A DNA stretch of 63,785 bases, filler included, from Choristocarpus tenellus KU-1152 (GCA_964200185.2; 14 parts of 14 records of this genome joined end to end with filler, not necessarily neighbours in it); one strand, 5' to 3'. Shown: positions 1-13,100, counted from the whole stretch's first letter. Made by a program: numbers and translations. The notes: generated by a model from the letters alone, not told the origin.

Positions 1-416
1 TTTGGAGTCATTTTTTCATGTCGCGATTTTTGGGTGATTTGGTTGCATACGTCGGATGGATAAGAGTCGAAGAATCTTAGAGGGTGGAGCCGCGTCCATT
101 TGGGGGCCAAATCCAGTATTGCGTTTTTTATGAAAATTTTGACTATCGTGTTTGCTAGGAAGTGTCAATATCCTTGTTTCGGACACATACATGACGCCTA
201 CTCCAGAACATACACAGTTTACCTACTCTGAAACATTTCAGAATAGGAAAAGGTCATAAAAAACCCCGTGAGAAGCAAAGCCCCACAGAGACAGTCTGGG
301 CAAAACTCGTAACCTCTAAGATGCTTTCACTCTAATGTAGGTGCACTTTTCCTGGGTTTGGCCCAAATGGACACCCTGGTGTAGACCCCCCACCCCACAC
401 ACAGATACTTTGGGTC
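1..416 (-). mobile_element. MITE family A copy (5' side cut by window edge), interrupted by a family B copy at 64-332
   Basis: 1-63 plus 336-416 rejoin into the same sequence as intact copies (e.g. 34897-35085); ends in the TIR CAGATACTTTGGGTC. Confidence 0.9.
64..332 (+). mobile_element. MITE family B copy, TSD TAA
   Basis: GAGTCGAAGAATCTTAGAGG...CCTCTAAGATGCTTTCACTC imperfect TIR; TAA at 61-63 and 333-335; colinear with six other copies. Confidence 0.92.
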
Positions 417-439
417 CCCTTTGTGCCATAGTCAAGAAC

Positions 440-550
440 AGTGTACTCACATTATCCATCCGACGTATGCAACCAAATAATCCAAAATCCGTGACATTGA
501 AAATTGGCCCCAAATGGACAGCCGCCACGCCCCCTCAGATACTTTGAGCC
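440..550 (+). mobile_element. MITE family A, 3' part
   Basis: CATTATCCATCCGACGTATGCAACCAAAT...AAATGGACAGCC...CAGATACTTTGAGCC. Confidence 0.88.
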
Positions 551-965
551 ATGCATTCCTGCTACCATAATGTCATCAATGTGGGGAACTATTACTATAC
601 AAAAAAATATAATTTTCTAGGTAGTGTAGCACACAGGGATTGCTCTGCACCGCTCAAAACTACTCTATTCCAAAACGTGCATCAACAAACTATTAGCTCC
701 CTGCTGGCTTGTTTGGTGCCATACAGTGTTTTCAACAAACGCACAATCTTCCTGACCACAGACCACATCCATCACAGAAACGAACCAATGCTTACTCCTT
801 GGTTTCTGCTTATTTTAAAACCTGCTTCACATCTTAGTGCATCAATCCTTGTCTGTAGCGATTGCCAAAAAACATTCTTAAAGACATGAGCAATGGTGTC
901 TGGGCAAAGGCATGACGGTAAATCTAAACCATCAATCTGATGAAAACCTTCGCTACCAGACATGC
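551..965 (-). pseudogene. Decayed Ty1/Copia reverse transcriptase fragment
   Basis: Minus-strand peptides in shifting frames: GFHQIDGLD, KIVRLLKTLYGTKQASRE (cf. KSLYGLKQASR), FERCRAIP, VVVPHIDDIMVAG (cf. YVDD). Confidence 0.85.
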
Positions 966-3900
966 CATGTATCTCACTATCTCATCAAGTATATTGAACT
1001 TGTGCTTGTGAATACGTTTGGTTTATTTTACCCTGTGTCCAGGTGGTAGCAAGGTTGAGGATCTTAGAGAAACAAAAGCGAAACATACAAACCCCGTTTG
1101 ACAATATTATGATCATATTTGTGTTTGAGTATGGTATAATGCATCCCTCCTATCCCACCAAGCACGTTCCGCATAGGCAACCTGGGAATCCAGTCTTTTC
1201 CATAATTGTTTTACGTAGTACCGATGCGATCTTGCACGAATATCCTAGCCCTGCACCAAAACTTATCCTGCTGACTCTCTCCCAAATACTGTGTTCGACA
1301 AACCTCTTGACCGTCCCGACTTGAAGGAAGGACTTGTACATATATTTTTCACGTATGTAGCATCGTTTAGTATTCTTTTACGAGGGGGCAATGCCCCTTG
1401 CTGCAGAGGGACTGTGAAGTGGTAGTGTGGTGTGCGCTCGATTTTGTATGTCTTGGCATGTTCTTGTGCCTTTTTGTTAGAGAATCATTTGACACAGATG
1501 CTCTTGTGTGCTTGATCCTTGCCAACAGCATTCAACCCTTCCAGGGAAATACCTGTGCTCAGATGAACATGGTGCAACAATCCTGTGAAGTGATAAATTT
1601 GCAACATTTCAAGTACTACCACAGCTCAGTTTGGTGTGTAACAACAAGTAGATGTATAGTAGAAGAATAAATAAAACTACAATAATACTGGAGAGTTGTT
1701 GGGCAGTGTCCAGCGCCCGTCATTGGTGTTCCTTTTAGTTATAGTGTTGGTTTATTGCTGGCCTTCTCACTCACTTACTTCTTGTTGCCGTACGTTTTTT
1801 TTTTCATTGTGAGGGTTAGTACTTGCTACAGCTTTTTCTTCTCCTACACCACCACCATTAGGACTCAGTCGATACTATTTCACGATGATGATCATCATCA
1901 CTCAGACTCTGTGTGGCAGCATATATCGTGGCAGCAGGAGCCGCAAGTAGTGCAGTTTTGAGATGAAGTCTCTTCATTGCAGTTTATGTTTAGTACATAC
2001 ATGCAGTGATTTTATATTATGTTTTTAATATGTTGATGGTACACTGTGACTAAAAACAAAGCAGAAACCGTTCGCGATATACCTGAAATATCTTCTACTA
2101 TTCATGGCAAATAACGTAACATCATACAACTTACTAAAGTGGGGGTGCCTACTTAAAGATTGCTTATGCCAAACCAAAACACGCTCCTTAAAATGGACCG
2201 ACATGACTTGGAAAAAAAATGAGCATTGAAATCATATGTTGTCATTCCGGGCCTATTTCCACATCCACACAGACCTGCTTCCACACAAACTTAAGATGCC
2301 ATAAAAAGCATGAATAGACTGAAAATATGGTATATTAAGAATAAACTTATTCTATATATGCTTACAACTTTTTCACTGATCTATGACGTTGAAATTGTTG
2401 GTTTTCGGACAACAAATAGGAACAACTTATTCAATACTTATCAGTCAAGGAGTCCTCTAATATCCGTCTGTATTATTGGATGTCTCGAAGCAACAGTGCT
2501 GGAATTCTCCACTTTGGGCTTCTGTATCAACGTGCAGGGTTTTCTAGTCCACTCTTCTCTTCAGGGATCGCCTCCAAATCAAGGAAGCAGGTTTGTCGCT
2601 TTATCTATTGTCATATTGTGACTTCCGTATATCATGTACCGTCATACCGTTTGGGATATCTTGTGGAGGATCTACAGTTAGACTCATGGGGCTTCATAGA
2701 TATCAAGAGCACAGAGATTTCTTTCCAAATAATCTTTGTCAATCTGATTATTCTCTCACAAGATCCTCACTCTTTGCTCTCCACTTTTGTCCTTGTCCAA
2801 CATTAACCTCGTCCTCTTGGTTACGGTTCGTCTTGGTGTGTCTGGTCCGTCTTGCCCGCACGCCTCCCCTAAGAAGATTGCATCAACTACTGTATGAGAG
2901 AGAGACCTTTCTGTTTTGACCCGTGGTAGAGTTGTGGTTGACGGATCTCTGGCATTGACATGTCCAGCGAGGCCTCCTCTTCACGAGGAACCCTATGGTG
3001 ACCACCCCGAAATCTGATTCGTCCTGTGGGAAGGATATCATTTTAGGTTTTGTACGTAAGGTAAATGTTGGTATTAACAGTGTAGTTTAAATGGGAATAT
3101 ACTCGAAGTCTAGTGTTACTATTGTTCTGAATGGTACTGAGTCAATACCTTGTTACTTCTCAACTATGTAGTTCGTGCAAGATAGGTAAGTTATTCCACA
3201 GTGATAAAATTTGTCGTAAGACTTTTCTTGTTCTCCCTCCAACAATTTTGGAAGTTCTAAGAAAAAAGAAATAATGCTGACACCTCACTGTGAAACTGCC
3301 ACACACATCGATTTTAAATACTCATCACTACAACATTACAAGGGGGGACAAACAAGGGGGAATATATCTTTCAATGATACAAAACATGCGAGGAAGGGGC
3401 TTCTTGCCGTGGGTCTTAGGATTGATATGGGGAAGGGTATCAAATGCAGACTATGCCACGAAATCGATCATAAAGCCATCTGAAGGAGCTCAAACTACCC
3501 CAATTCCGTCCAACCTGGCTGGACCAGCAGGGATTGCAGACAGCGCTACCTACTCTACAGGATTGAAGATATTTCATGAACCCTCACCGCCCACGACCCT
3601 GACTGTGACTATGCCAGTGGAAGGCAGCCGTGCAAATGGGGTAAATCTATTGTCACTAGAATTTTATAGATCCGTTTTGTGGTGAACTATTTTGTGAATC
3701 ATCGGCGTACACATGTTTATTCCGAGCGAAAATTGTCGCGTTGAAAGTGGAAAATATTTCGTATGGAGCATACTGACCAGAACTACGTGCGACAGGTCTC
3801 CGATAATGTTGTGTGAAGGGTGTATGTGTGCGGATCGAACTGATTTGTCCGTAACATATTATTCACTTCCTTTCATTATAGTCCTCACTTTTCGGCACAT

Positions 3901-4131
3901 GAGGTTGTCCTATTCGGCTTCCCCATCCTACCCACTACCCTGTGTGATGCACATGTCCTTGAGTCATCGAATAAATATGCAAACTCTATGCTACGTTTTT
4001 TGTTTTGCTCATCTCACGGGAGACCTTGCTCGCCCTATGAATTTCTTTTTCCCCTGATACCCGAGATCCACTCAACTAACTTTCATCATCTTTCCCCAAT
4101 CCTTGTCACATCTTAGCCCATCCTGCCATTC

Positions 4132-4412
4132 ATGGCGGACGTTACGCCTGGGAGGATGTGGGAGGTGGGAGAGTCTGTAGCCGAACTCCCTTCACCAGAG
4201 AGTAGGAGGTGTGAGGTCAGGGTAGTTGTTGATGGTGTCATAATGGATGCCTGGAAGATACCCAAACCCCAATGGGATCAGTGGAATGCTTCAGGGGCAA
4301 CAAAGGACTCCAGCATCTCTGTCGCGAGGGCATTTGGAGGTGGGGGCTCCAAGAGTCTAGCCATCTGCTCTGGGCATCCTAAGGAGGGTATAGTGGTGCA
4401 GGCTGAAGCTAG
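4132..4412 (+). CDS. Possible first exon of an unknown gene or TE ORF
   Basis: ATG-started, protein-like 94-codon ORF ending at a good donor CTAG|GTAGGT; no family recognised. Confidence 0.3.
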
Positions 4413-5627
4413 GTAGGTGGGTGAATTGCAGGTTGACCTGTAAACACTCAACTATGTTGTGCCCTAAGAGCAACATACAACAAACAAGATCAAGTGATTT
4501 AAAGTGTTATTAATTGTATAGCCTACACCAGTTGATTGAAAAGATCAGGGGAGCAGCTCATCAATTATGATTTTCCAAGACAAGCAGACTGTGGTATTGT
4601 CTTGACATTATCTTCAGCAAGACACGGAAGGACTCATAGATATAGCGCATTTGGTATTTAAAGGTGTGTGAACGCCTGTACTCTTGTACTACTATTTTGA
4701 ATGCAAGCACCGTACTCAAAGCATCAAGCTTGAATATGATGAGGTTAGGGTTAGATATTCTTACTCTGTATTAACAGGTACTTCTACCACTTTTAGTACT
4801 ACTTCAAGGTATGACCAGATTTAATGCACATCACACCATAGACCCATTGAAATAAGGTTGATCGTTTTTACAGGGGCCTTCGATTCATTGCTAAGACTCT
4901 CTGTGGAAGTGTATGGCAGTTGATTTCTGGGAGGCTTACTACTTCAAGGCTATATATGAACAGTAGAGAGGGGTGAGATATGTAGTTGACATTTGCCTCG
5001 GGCTAACCCCCTTTTGCAACACACCTCCACAAGACAGATTGAAGGAGGAACCCACATGTACTACTACCAAGAGCATACTGCAACCTCAATGCTCAAGGGA
5101 GATAACCCATGCAGAGGACAAGCTTGCACTTGCAGATATCAATGCATTTAATATTTACTACTTGTGAACGGCCCTTTCAACAGCGATGAAACAGGGATGA
5201 ATGATGCTCCTCACCATGATCACGAGTTTACCTACCACAGCCAGGATCGCGTATGTATGCAGTCATCCACCTTACGTGAGCTCCATGCTGAGGTGGTGTG
5301 CTGCTCCGAAGCATCAGGTGCATGTGTTAATGACTTGTAGTTTGTGTTACAAAACACTTCGCAAGCCTACCGCGACGAGAAAAGCAACAGAGAACCACAA
5401 GGCTCTATATGTGGATGACGAACCTCGTAGAGGGCCGGCCCCATAAAGGAAATGTCGTCAAATGTGCTGCATCTCTTAACTTCGATTGTTTGTTTTTTTT
5501 GCTTTAATTGGGGTGTAAAAATAGGACTGAACAACTGCTCGTTGTAAGTGTGTTGACCTCATAACAAAAATAAATAAATCAATAAACTAGTTAAGAAGTG
5601 CAATCACATATAAAGCCTAGGACTTGG

Positions 5628-5699
5628 GACCCAAAGTATCTGGGGGGGGGGGTCTACACCAGAGTGTCCATTTGGACCAAAACCAGGAAAAGTGCACTT
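5628..5699 (+). mobile_element. MITE family A, 5' part (contig end)
   Basis: GACCCAAAGTATCTG-polyG-TCTACACCAGAGTGTCCATTTGG. Confidence 0.9.
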
Positions 5700-5799
5700 N
5701 NNNNNNNNNNNNNNNNNNNNNNNNNNNNNNNNNNNNNNNNNNNTTAATTAATTAANNNNNNNNNNNNNNNNNNNNNNNNNNNNNNNNNNNNNNNNNNNN
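5700..5799. other. Artificial contig linker N44-TTAATTAATTAA-N44. Same linker at 10244, 17442, 22189, 28225, 32822, 35970, 39015, 41821, 44795, 49683, 53896 and 61047 (100 nt each)
   Basis: Identical palindromic 12-mer giving stops in all six frames, inside fixed-length N runs. Confidence 0.99.
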
Positions 5800-5835
5800 T
5801 TGCACCACACTTGGAAAATAACAAAAAAAAAAAAG

Positions 5836-5919
5836 GATTTGGACCGTGACAACTTCATGTCCGCTCAAGAAGCGATGGAGTATGGTCTCATTGATGAGGT
5901 CATCAAAATGAACAAGTGA
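5836..5919 (+). CDS. clpP: Last exon of ATP-dependent Clp protease proteolytic subunit
   Basis: AG|GAT...TGA encodes [27 protein letters not shown], the characteristic ClpP C-terminal motif (RDxFMSAxEAxEYGLID). Too short for the ORF track. Confidence 0.9.
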   Translation, partial: DLDRDNFMSAQEAMEYGLIDEVIKMNK

Positions 5920-8031
5920 TTTGAGTTTTACTTTAGAATGCAGATGCCTTTCACTGCATGTATAGTCCCTCCTCCACCTCCCCCCCCTCCCTAGTGCTGC
6001 AGTACTTCTCCCCTCGAGGGCGACCTTGTAGTATTTACAGGGCTGCCAAGCAACCTTTTTAAGACTTGTTGAGGGTACACCGTTGGTGCACGTGCTGATT
6101 TTTTTTCTGCAGACCTTGTACTTTTAGAGTTGGCACCCCATTGTGGTGTAGCTAGTGAGCTGTGTGGTCGGTTTCAACTGTTTTTTTCATGGCAATGGTG
6201 GGGTAGGCATAGCAATGTGATGAAACTCTGTGGAATGCAAGGGTGCCAGGGGAGGAGGAGGAGGAAGTGTAGGGCAAACAGGGAACGGTGGTGATAGGTT
6301 ATAACTTCCTGTGGGTGCATTATCACTAGGACAAAGTGAAGGGGTATTTGTACCTTGTTGGGGAATGACTACTAAAGATTGTGGGTATAGTGCCTATTGT
6401 GCCTGTGCATGCTTTGTGTGTGTGGGGAAAGACTGGGCCGCAGCTGCAACTTTGACTGTACACGCCTCCTTTGTGAACTTATTTTGGGTTTCCTGAGGCA
6501 GGCGAGGGTTGTTGAACTGTAGAGGGGCATCTTCTGTTTTTCTCCCATCAACTGAAATGCGAGACATTTTGACGGTTTGTTGCACCTCGGAACTGTATGG
6601 GTTGCGGTAGGAGGAGTGAAGAAAGTGAGGGTCTGGAATGGTCTAGAATACTTGTTTTATATCATTTTTGAGGTGTAATGCCTGCATGGGTCTCTCTCTC
6701 AAGAACCTCTGCTATTGTACCAAGTACGAGTTCTTATATTTAAAAATTTAATGCTCTTTGGATATCAGTGCAAGTATGGGACTGATAAATCGACCCAAAC
6801 TATTGTATAAGATGTACTAACAATATGTAGATATGGTCCCCAGTGAGTCAAAGTAAACGAGAGGTACCGGGAGTTGCATTTTAAGGATGGTAACTAACAA
6901 ATTTGTGCAGAGCTCGACTTTTTGTACAAATGCGTGTATGATATTTTTTGTATGAATTGTGTTCAAAGTTTTGAACAACAGAGGAATCAACGAACGCTCT
7001 GAAGTCAAACTTGGGACTTGTTTAATTTGGCTCAGAGGTTCCACAGGGTAGAAATCAATATTGAAACCAGTTACTTTCCTGTCTTTCCCGTAGGATTTCG
7101 GAGGATGCATGCTGGCCAAGCAGTGTTACGATGCTTCACTTCACAACCATGGGTAAGAAATGTATGATATGTGGGTGAAAAGGGTCGCTCAAAAGTGCAA
7201 CAGTGGTAACCGGTTTGCCACATACCCCATGTTCGACCATTGATCAGCAATGCATGCCTCTATCACTTGCACTCAGACTCTCTTCCAACCACTCTCTCTG
7301 CTACGGGGCTGGGTCTCCTGGCTTCAAGTCACCAACAGGAGAGCCAACCCTCAATATTTGTGAACACCTTTTTGTATCCTAGTAATCGCTGCCAGTCTTT
7401 TTCGAACATGCCCTGGTACAACGATAAAAAAGTATGTTTATTATTCGTCCAAATGTACTCTCCCTTCACCTTTTTACTATTCGATGAAAATCTTGGTGAT
7501 AGAAACACTTCACGGGCATGCTTTGAGGTTAATAAAAGCGGTTTTGTTGAGGGTGAGTCACCAACGGAGTGAGCAGTACCTGGAAGGGGTTACATGATGA
7601 GATGCAGGCTGGTAATTTGTATAGAGAAATGTAATACGATCTGAAAGAATGATGAGAAATAACAATTTTGTAGTAGTAGTAGTATGTCGCACAGTATGTG
7701 GAAGTGAAAGTGAACTTTTCAGTACCTTGGACCTGTGCTCCCTTGCTTGGCATGTGTAGTCAAGACTATGCAATAAACCACTAGTGCGGAAAGCAGGTTT
7801 GTCTGTTGTTATACCGTTATATCGATTGAATTTTCCTCATCAGAAATCCCCGATTCCAGATGAGGGTCTTGCGCATAATTGAGGTGAATTTCCGTATGGA
7901 TCTGGTCTTCTATGCTGGGACGCTTCCAGACGCCGAATCGGCCCCCTATAGTGTTGGCAGTCACCTCTAGGATCAGGCCGGTCTTGATTTTTTTGAAAAT
8001 GTTGCCCAATGAGTTAAGCGACGATGAGCAC

Positions 8032-8235
8032 ATCGAATGAAAGCTCTTCATCTAAGGTAACGATTTCGAGAAAGGAATTCTTGCTCAAAATTATTTTGGT
8101 AAGGTTAAAGTTTAACCGAATGTTTTCGGCACAACCTTGAAAATGTTTCGGAATGAATTATCACGACCAAAAATATTTTTGCGAAAGAATTCCTTTGCGT
8201 AAATCAATAGCCTTGATCCAGAGCTTTCATTTGAT
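8032..8235. repeat. Imperfect foldback (about 70-bp arms), probable non-autonomous DNA element relic
   Basis: ATCGAATGAAAGCTC...AAAGGAATTC...ATTTTGGT (8032-8100) pairs with ACCAAAAAT...GAATTCCTTT...GAGCTTTCATTTGAT (8166-8235). Confidence 0.75.
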
Positions 8236-8549
8236 ATACGGATTACCGATTGGTCAATCTTAACAAAAAACCAAGACCCCCTCCCCTGTCTGTATGTGAT
8301 TCATTCATTATTGAAATGTTTTTTGGTAGCCACCAAAACAGCACGTGGGTGGACCTCGGCTTAATACTGCTTAAGTTACTCAGAGGACACTGTGACGCCC
8401 AATGAGTTCCGAGTTGTCGCCTGTCTCTCACAGGACACTGTGAATTGAACCCGATAGAGATGGTCTGGGCCTGGGCGAACCGTATGTACGAGGCCACTGG
8501 CACTACACCTTGCCTGGAATGAGAGCCAACGTTCCTGTAAGTCTTAAGA

Positions 8550-8742
8550 GAACCAAAGTATCTGGGGGGGGGGGGTGGGGGGGTACATACCAGGGTGTCC
8601 ATCTGGGGCAAAACTAGGAAAAGTGCACTTATATTATCCACCCGACGTATTCAACCAAATCACAAAAAAATAGCGACATGAAAAAATTAACCCCCAAAAT
8701 GGACAGACTCCTCCCCCCCCAGAGCCCCAGATTCTTTTAGTC
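8550..8742 (+). mobile_element. MITE family A, full length, TSD AGA
   Basis: Both TIRs present; AGA at 8547-8549 and 8743-8745. Confidence 0.9.
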
Positions 8743-9039
8743 AGAGGAAGGCAAGCTGTTCAGAATAATTGTGGAGAGATTCTTCAGGATGAGTATTGCT
8801 TACCACCTGATATATTCCAAAGAGAAAAGCATGGGATGCACCAAATTGGACAGGTTGTACAAGGCATAGAAGTCTCACAGGAGGCCTGCACCTTCAAAAT
8901 ACCTCATTTGACTTGGAATGGATTGTCTGGTTCAGAAGCCATTAGTTCTTTGATATCAATTCAACCAAACTCATGTAATGATAATGAAACTTGGTTCAAC
9001 AGTTCTTTGTGCAGATACCCATCCATGCCCAAACCCTTG

Positions 9040-9487
9040 TCGTTTTCGTCAGAAAGTGTTCGTGTATCTGGCACCGTTGAAGAACAAGAAGAAAATGACT
9101 TGACTATTGACAAAGCTAGTGATGTACCGTGTATTTCTGAAATATTTGTTCGCAATCACCCTCAACTGAAACGTTTTGATGTGCATCCTGTCCCACCTGG
9201 TGCAATAAATCTACGTACAGCAAATGGTTCACCATTGCATATCCGTGGATTTATTCGTTTTGCACTTACACCTGGTGACACCAAATTGCCAGTTGAAGCT
9301 TGCTTTAGTGATTCCCCAACTTGGTCCCGATAAAATTCTGCTTGATAATAGTGTTATGCAGGCCTTCGGTGCAATCCTTGATTGGCAAGAATAACGTCTT
9401 TCATTTCACAACAGTTCGTGTACCGTTTCAGCGAGACATCACATGACAAGGAGCCCCACTCAAATACGTGATGATGCAAGTACCACT
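9040..9487 (+). pseudogene. Ty3/Gypsy retropepsin (aspartic protease) relic
   Basis: LTIDKASDVPCIS (DTG-like site), LRTANGSPLHIRG, then after a frameshift near 9300 LVIPQLGPDKILLDNSVMQAFGAILDW. Confidence 0.8.
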
Positions 9488-9680
9488 TGTTCGTAGATAG
9501 TGCTGCTGGTACACTATAGACACCATCGGTGGAGTAGATTAGGAAATGCAGACACCACTGGTGGAGTAATGGAGGAAAGGTAGAGTCAGATATATGTTTC
9601 TGTATATTTCAGTTGAGCTCTACACAATGTTCATGTATGGTAGGGACCTGATTTTTGATCATCAGTTGATATATCATGTA
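9488..9680 (+). mobile_element. Probable LTR (TG-start repeat); first 73 bp identical to 53823-53895; 3' end uncertain
   Basis: Both copies begin sharply at TGTTCGTAGATAG with unrelated left flanks. Confidence 0.6.
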
Positions 9681-9705
9681 TGGCACGTATGATAAGTAGA
9701 TATGA

Positions 9706-9963
9706 GAGCCAAAGTATATTAGAGGGTAGACCCGCGTCCATTTGGGGGGCAAAATCCAATGTTGCGATTTTGATATAATTTGGGCTGTCGCGTTTATTAG
9801 GAAGAGTCAATATCCTTGTTCCGGACATACCTTTTTATAACATACACATTTTACCCACTCCGAAATATTTTGGACTAGAAAAATGTCATAAAAAAACCCA
9901 ATGGAAGCCAAGCCCCGAATGGACAACAGGGTAAAACCCGTACTCTCTAAAATACTTTCACTC
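9706..9963 (+). mobile_element. MITE family B, full length, TSD ATGA
   Basis: GAGCCAAAGTAT...ATACTTTCACTC; ATGA at 9702-9705 and 9964-9967. Confidence 0.92.
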
Positions 9964-10343
9964 ATGATTCTTTTCTGATTATCCATGTGGATGCTGCAAA
10001 TCCCACATGGTAGTCTGCACTGGTCTTGCCCACGTTCTCAGTCAGCGGAATCAAGACCACACGACCCCTGTAATATTAACCTTACTCATCTACATCAAGC
10101 TGTTCCTTGTCCTTCACTAAAGCACCATAAAAGCCGCGGGTCCAGTGTGGGATACTTCAACACCACTCCTTCGTGTTCTGTGGTGAGTGTGCAACATGAT
10201 TTGGGCCCTGTACCCGTTCGTGTACATAAACAGCATAACATACNNNNNNNNNNNNNNNNNNNNNNNNNNNNNNNNNNNNNNNNNNNNTTAATTAATTAAN
10301 NNNNNNNNNNNNNNNNNNNNNNNNNNNNNNNNNNNNNNNNNNN

Positions 10344-10401
10344 CTTCGAGTCAGGGTCAAAAACGGACGCCGGTCCCCCCCCCCCCCAGATACTTTGACC
10401 C
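10344..10401 (+). mobile_element. MITE family C end (A-type TIR, different interior)
   Basis: AAAAACGGAC...polyC-CAGATACTTTGACCC; matches the end type at 32737-32821. Confidence 0.7.
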
Positions 10402-10713
10402 TCGCGTAAGCCCAACGATGTGGTCCCGCATGTTGCATGCCATACCAATGAAATATGATGGGTGTCAAAAATTTTGAGAGCAATTGTTTCACCCTCCAAC
10501 GTTTGCCTCGCCCCCCTGTACCGTACTTGACAGGGCATGGTACAGAAGATCAGAATGCGCACCAAATATTGGGTAGGCTACTACTTGCTTTGCATAGAGC
10601 AAACAGGGACCTTTTTTTTTTCTTCTGCAAAACACTGTCGGATGGGATATGTATAGGATCACGTGTGGGATGGGCTGACAACTAAACCCAGGAAAGTCTA
10701 CCACTTTCCCACC

Positions 10714-10740
10714 AATAATAATAATAATAATAATAATAAT
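10714..10740. repeat. (AAT)n microsatellite; similar tracts at about 37975-38028 and 38735-38772
   Basis: Direct reading. Confidence 0.95.
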
Positions 10741-11128
10741 ACTCGGGAGGTTTTGCTTGTTCTGAAAGACCTGGGACTTCAACCTCTTTCCAAGAGTAGT
10801 AGTCTAACCCTAATCCTAAGTTTATGGCAGCCGCAGCACTGAGTCTGCTTGACCCAATGGCATCCTCCCCCCCCATGTCTACCTGCCTGGTGCTCACATG
10901 AATCACAAGAGGATTATCAGTGTTGAGCAGTGTAAAGGTTCAGGACTTCACGTGACGAGACCCTTGGTGCACATGTTTTGCTGCACTACCCTTATATGAA
11001 CCTCCCCCCAAGGAGTAGAGATTTTTGAGGAGGGTATTGCTTTGCCTCCCCACATATTGGGAACTCTCCTGTCCACCTACACGCCCTTTCCTAAACTACC
11101 CACCCCATCGCACAATACTGTACTGTAC

Positions 11129-13100
11129 CTTGCCAGAGGACTGGAGCCCGCAGGGTTAAGCTCAGTCCACCTGAATCTGGTGGTGTTGCTGGAACCCAGC
11201 CATCCTGCAACAGGACAGAGTCGCCAGAGGTCTCCATATAATATACTGTTCAGGTAGTCCCATCCACCAAAGACATAAAGGCAGCTGGTATTTCCCAGTC
11301 CATCAGAGGGAAGTGATGCAGCTGTATGATAGGCTCTCGGGGGAGGAGCTGAGGAGGAGGAGGTAGAGGATGAGGTCGAGTCAGATGCAAGCCTTTGCTC
11401 CAGGCTCCACCATTCACCTGTCGTATCCAGTGGGCGGGTTGGCTGGAGGTCAGAACAAGTTTGAGACCCCAAAGGCAATGCTGAAGCTGCGCATTGAATG
11501 GTGTCTCCAGTCGTGTCCTTCAGCAAGAGGATATGGTTATCTTCCACCAGGGTTTGGTAGCCATCCATGCCGCCCAGGACAATTACCCACACCTGAGTGG
11601 AGGAAGTGGCGTTGTCTGTGTAAAATATGTACATGTTGGTCTTCCAGAGGTTAGAATCGAGACTGGAATGCTTTGGTGGTATAGATACAAATTGCTTGGG
11701 TGTTGTGAGCAAATTTGAGACAGCTGCTAATGCAAAGGGTTAACCCCACGACGGAAATATTTAGAGGCACATGAATGGCCTTTTACAGCTGTTAATTCTG
11801 GTCAGGTGAAGAGCATGATGTAAACCTTACACTTAGCTTGTCATACTAGCAACATACACATCATCTCGTCCCAGCTCTTGATTTGTAGTTTTTATTCCCT
11901 ATTCGTCTAAGTCGCTTCAGCACTTGTCAGGAGGCCAATATTTGTGCACTTTTTAGATGCTGCAAAGATACGCTCTTTTGCCCATTCAATTCACACAAAT
12001 GATATTTAGTATTACTTTGCCATACCTCAGAGGGTATAACCCTTTCTGTCGAGTTAGAGGAACCGTTGCTGGTGTCCAAAACAGTAGCTGTATGACCATA
12101 ACGTCCTTGTGGAAGGATATCTACGCCGAGCGAGTCGTTGGCCGTGGTGACATTAACCTGTCGCCACATGCCCTCACGAGTGATCCCCTCGAAAGCATGG
12201 ATATCGGCACGCCAAACATCAGCTGTCACCTCAAAGTCTACATCGGTGTGACCACCCACGACAAAGAGTGAAGTATTCCACACAAAAGATGCCGCACGGA
12301 ATAGTGGCGAGGGACTTCCATCATATGCTGATGGGGAATAGGAGAGATGGGGTTTGGCAGAAGTCAGACACTACTGCAAATCCAGAGTATTGGTCACCTT
12401 ATCTGGGGCTGGGTGTGGTTAATATATTTCCAATTTGCTTCATCCACGCAAGAAGTTGAGTGGCGTGGTTTGAAGGGTGTTTCCGCATGTCTAGGGCAAA
12501 TGCAAGGTTTAATTATTACAGGGATTCGGGCAAAGATAGCTCCTGACATGGTGTGCAGTTCATCCCAAGAGTTTGTTTGAAGGAGCGGTGACAGCGGGAG
12601 TGAAAGATGATTCTGAATTTGAATTCATTGAAGTTGGAGCAAGCACATATTGTTTATTCATTGGCAAAGCAATGTTGTAAATGTATAGGTTGCCAGAGGT
12701 ACCGACCTATCATGTCCAAGGTTGTCCAGTCTCCCCTGTCCGATATCCCGCCTTCAGCACTCGACCTGTTGTACAGCACGACATCTCTTGTCTCTCCAAG
12801 AACATCGTTCACATCATCGTTTCGTGTGGAAGTTCCGCCAAAAACAACCAAGACATCCTTACCCCAAGCAGACAATCCACCTGCGACATGCCCCTGAAGC
12901 TTCTCTCCTTTCCAGAGACTCGTCCATCCAGCCACACCTTTCGACGCCAAGGGGTAGATCATGTCCACCCCCGCAGACAAACACGATGCCGTCACATTGG
13001 GGAAGATCCAGGAAAGGAGAGGTAATACAGCAGCACAGAGAAAGGCCAAGGTCCCCGACTTCCGCGCAAGGCGGAAAAATGAAGAGTATAAACCGTGCAT
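11129..13100 (-). CDS. Kelch-repeat protein with N-terminal hydrophobic segment. Exons 13100-12707, 12327-12026, 11592-11129; 3' part unresolved
   Basis: Kelch motifs LVVFGG, LFVVGG, GRYGHTA, IVLGG, PRAYHTAA, LYVFGG..DLW; GT-AG sites join in consistent phases (1, 0, then 2). Confidence 0.85.

Noticed and set aside
316-547. Recurrent short ORFs with LHQGVH / YPSN..NQIT / PPPQIL peptides as a protein family
   Set aside because: They are translations of MITE family A copies in varying frames.
2480-3020. Overlapping roughly 100-aa ORFs
   Set aside because: No recognisable motif; probably a decayed minus-strand TE ORF that I cannot assign.
5744-5755. Recurring TTAATTAATTAA palindrome as a biological motif
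   Set aside because: Always centred in 100-nt N blocks; an artificial six-frame-stop linker. Gene neighbourhoods across linkers are meaningless.
7809-8051. Harbinger transposase (RFGVWKR)
   Set aside because: Single short motif without the surrounding DDE context.
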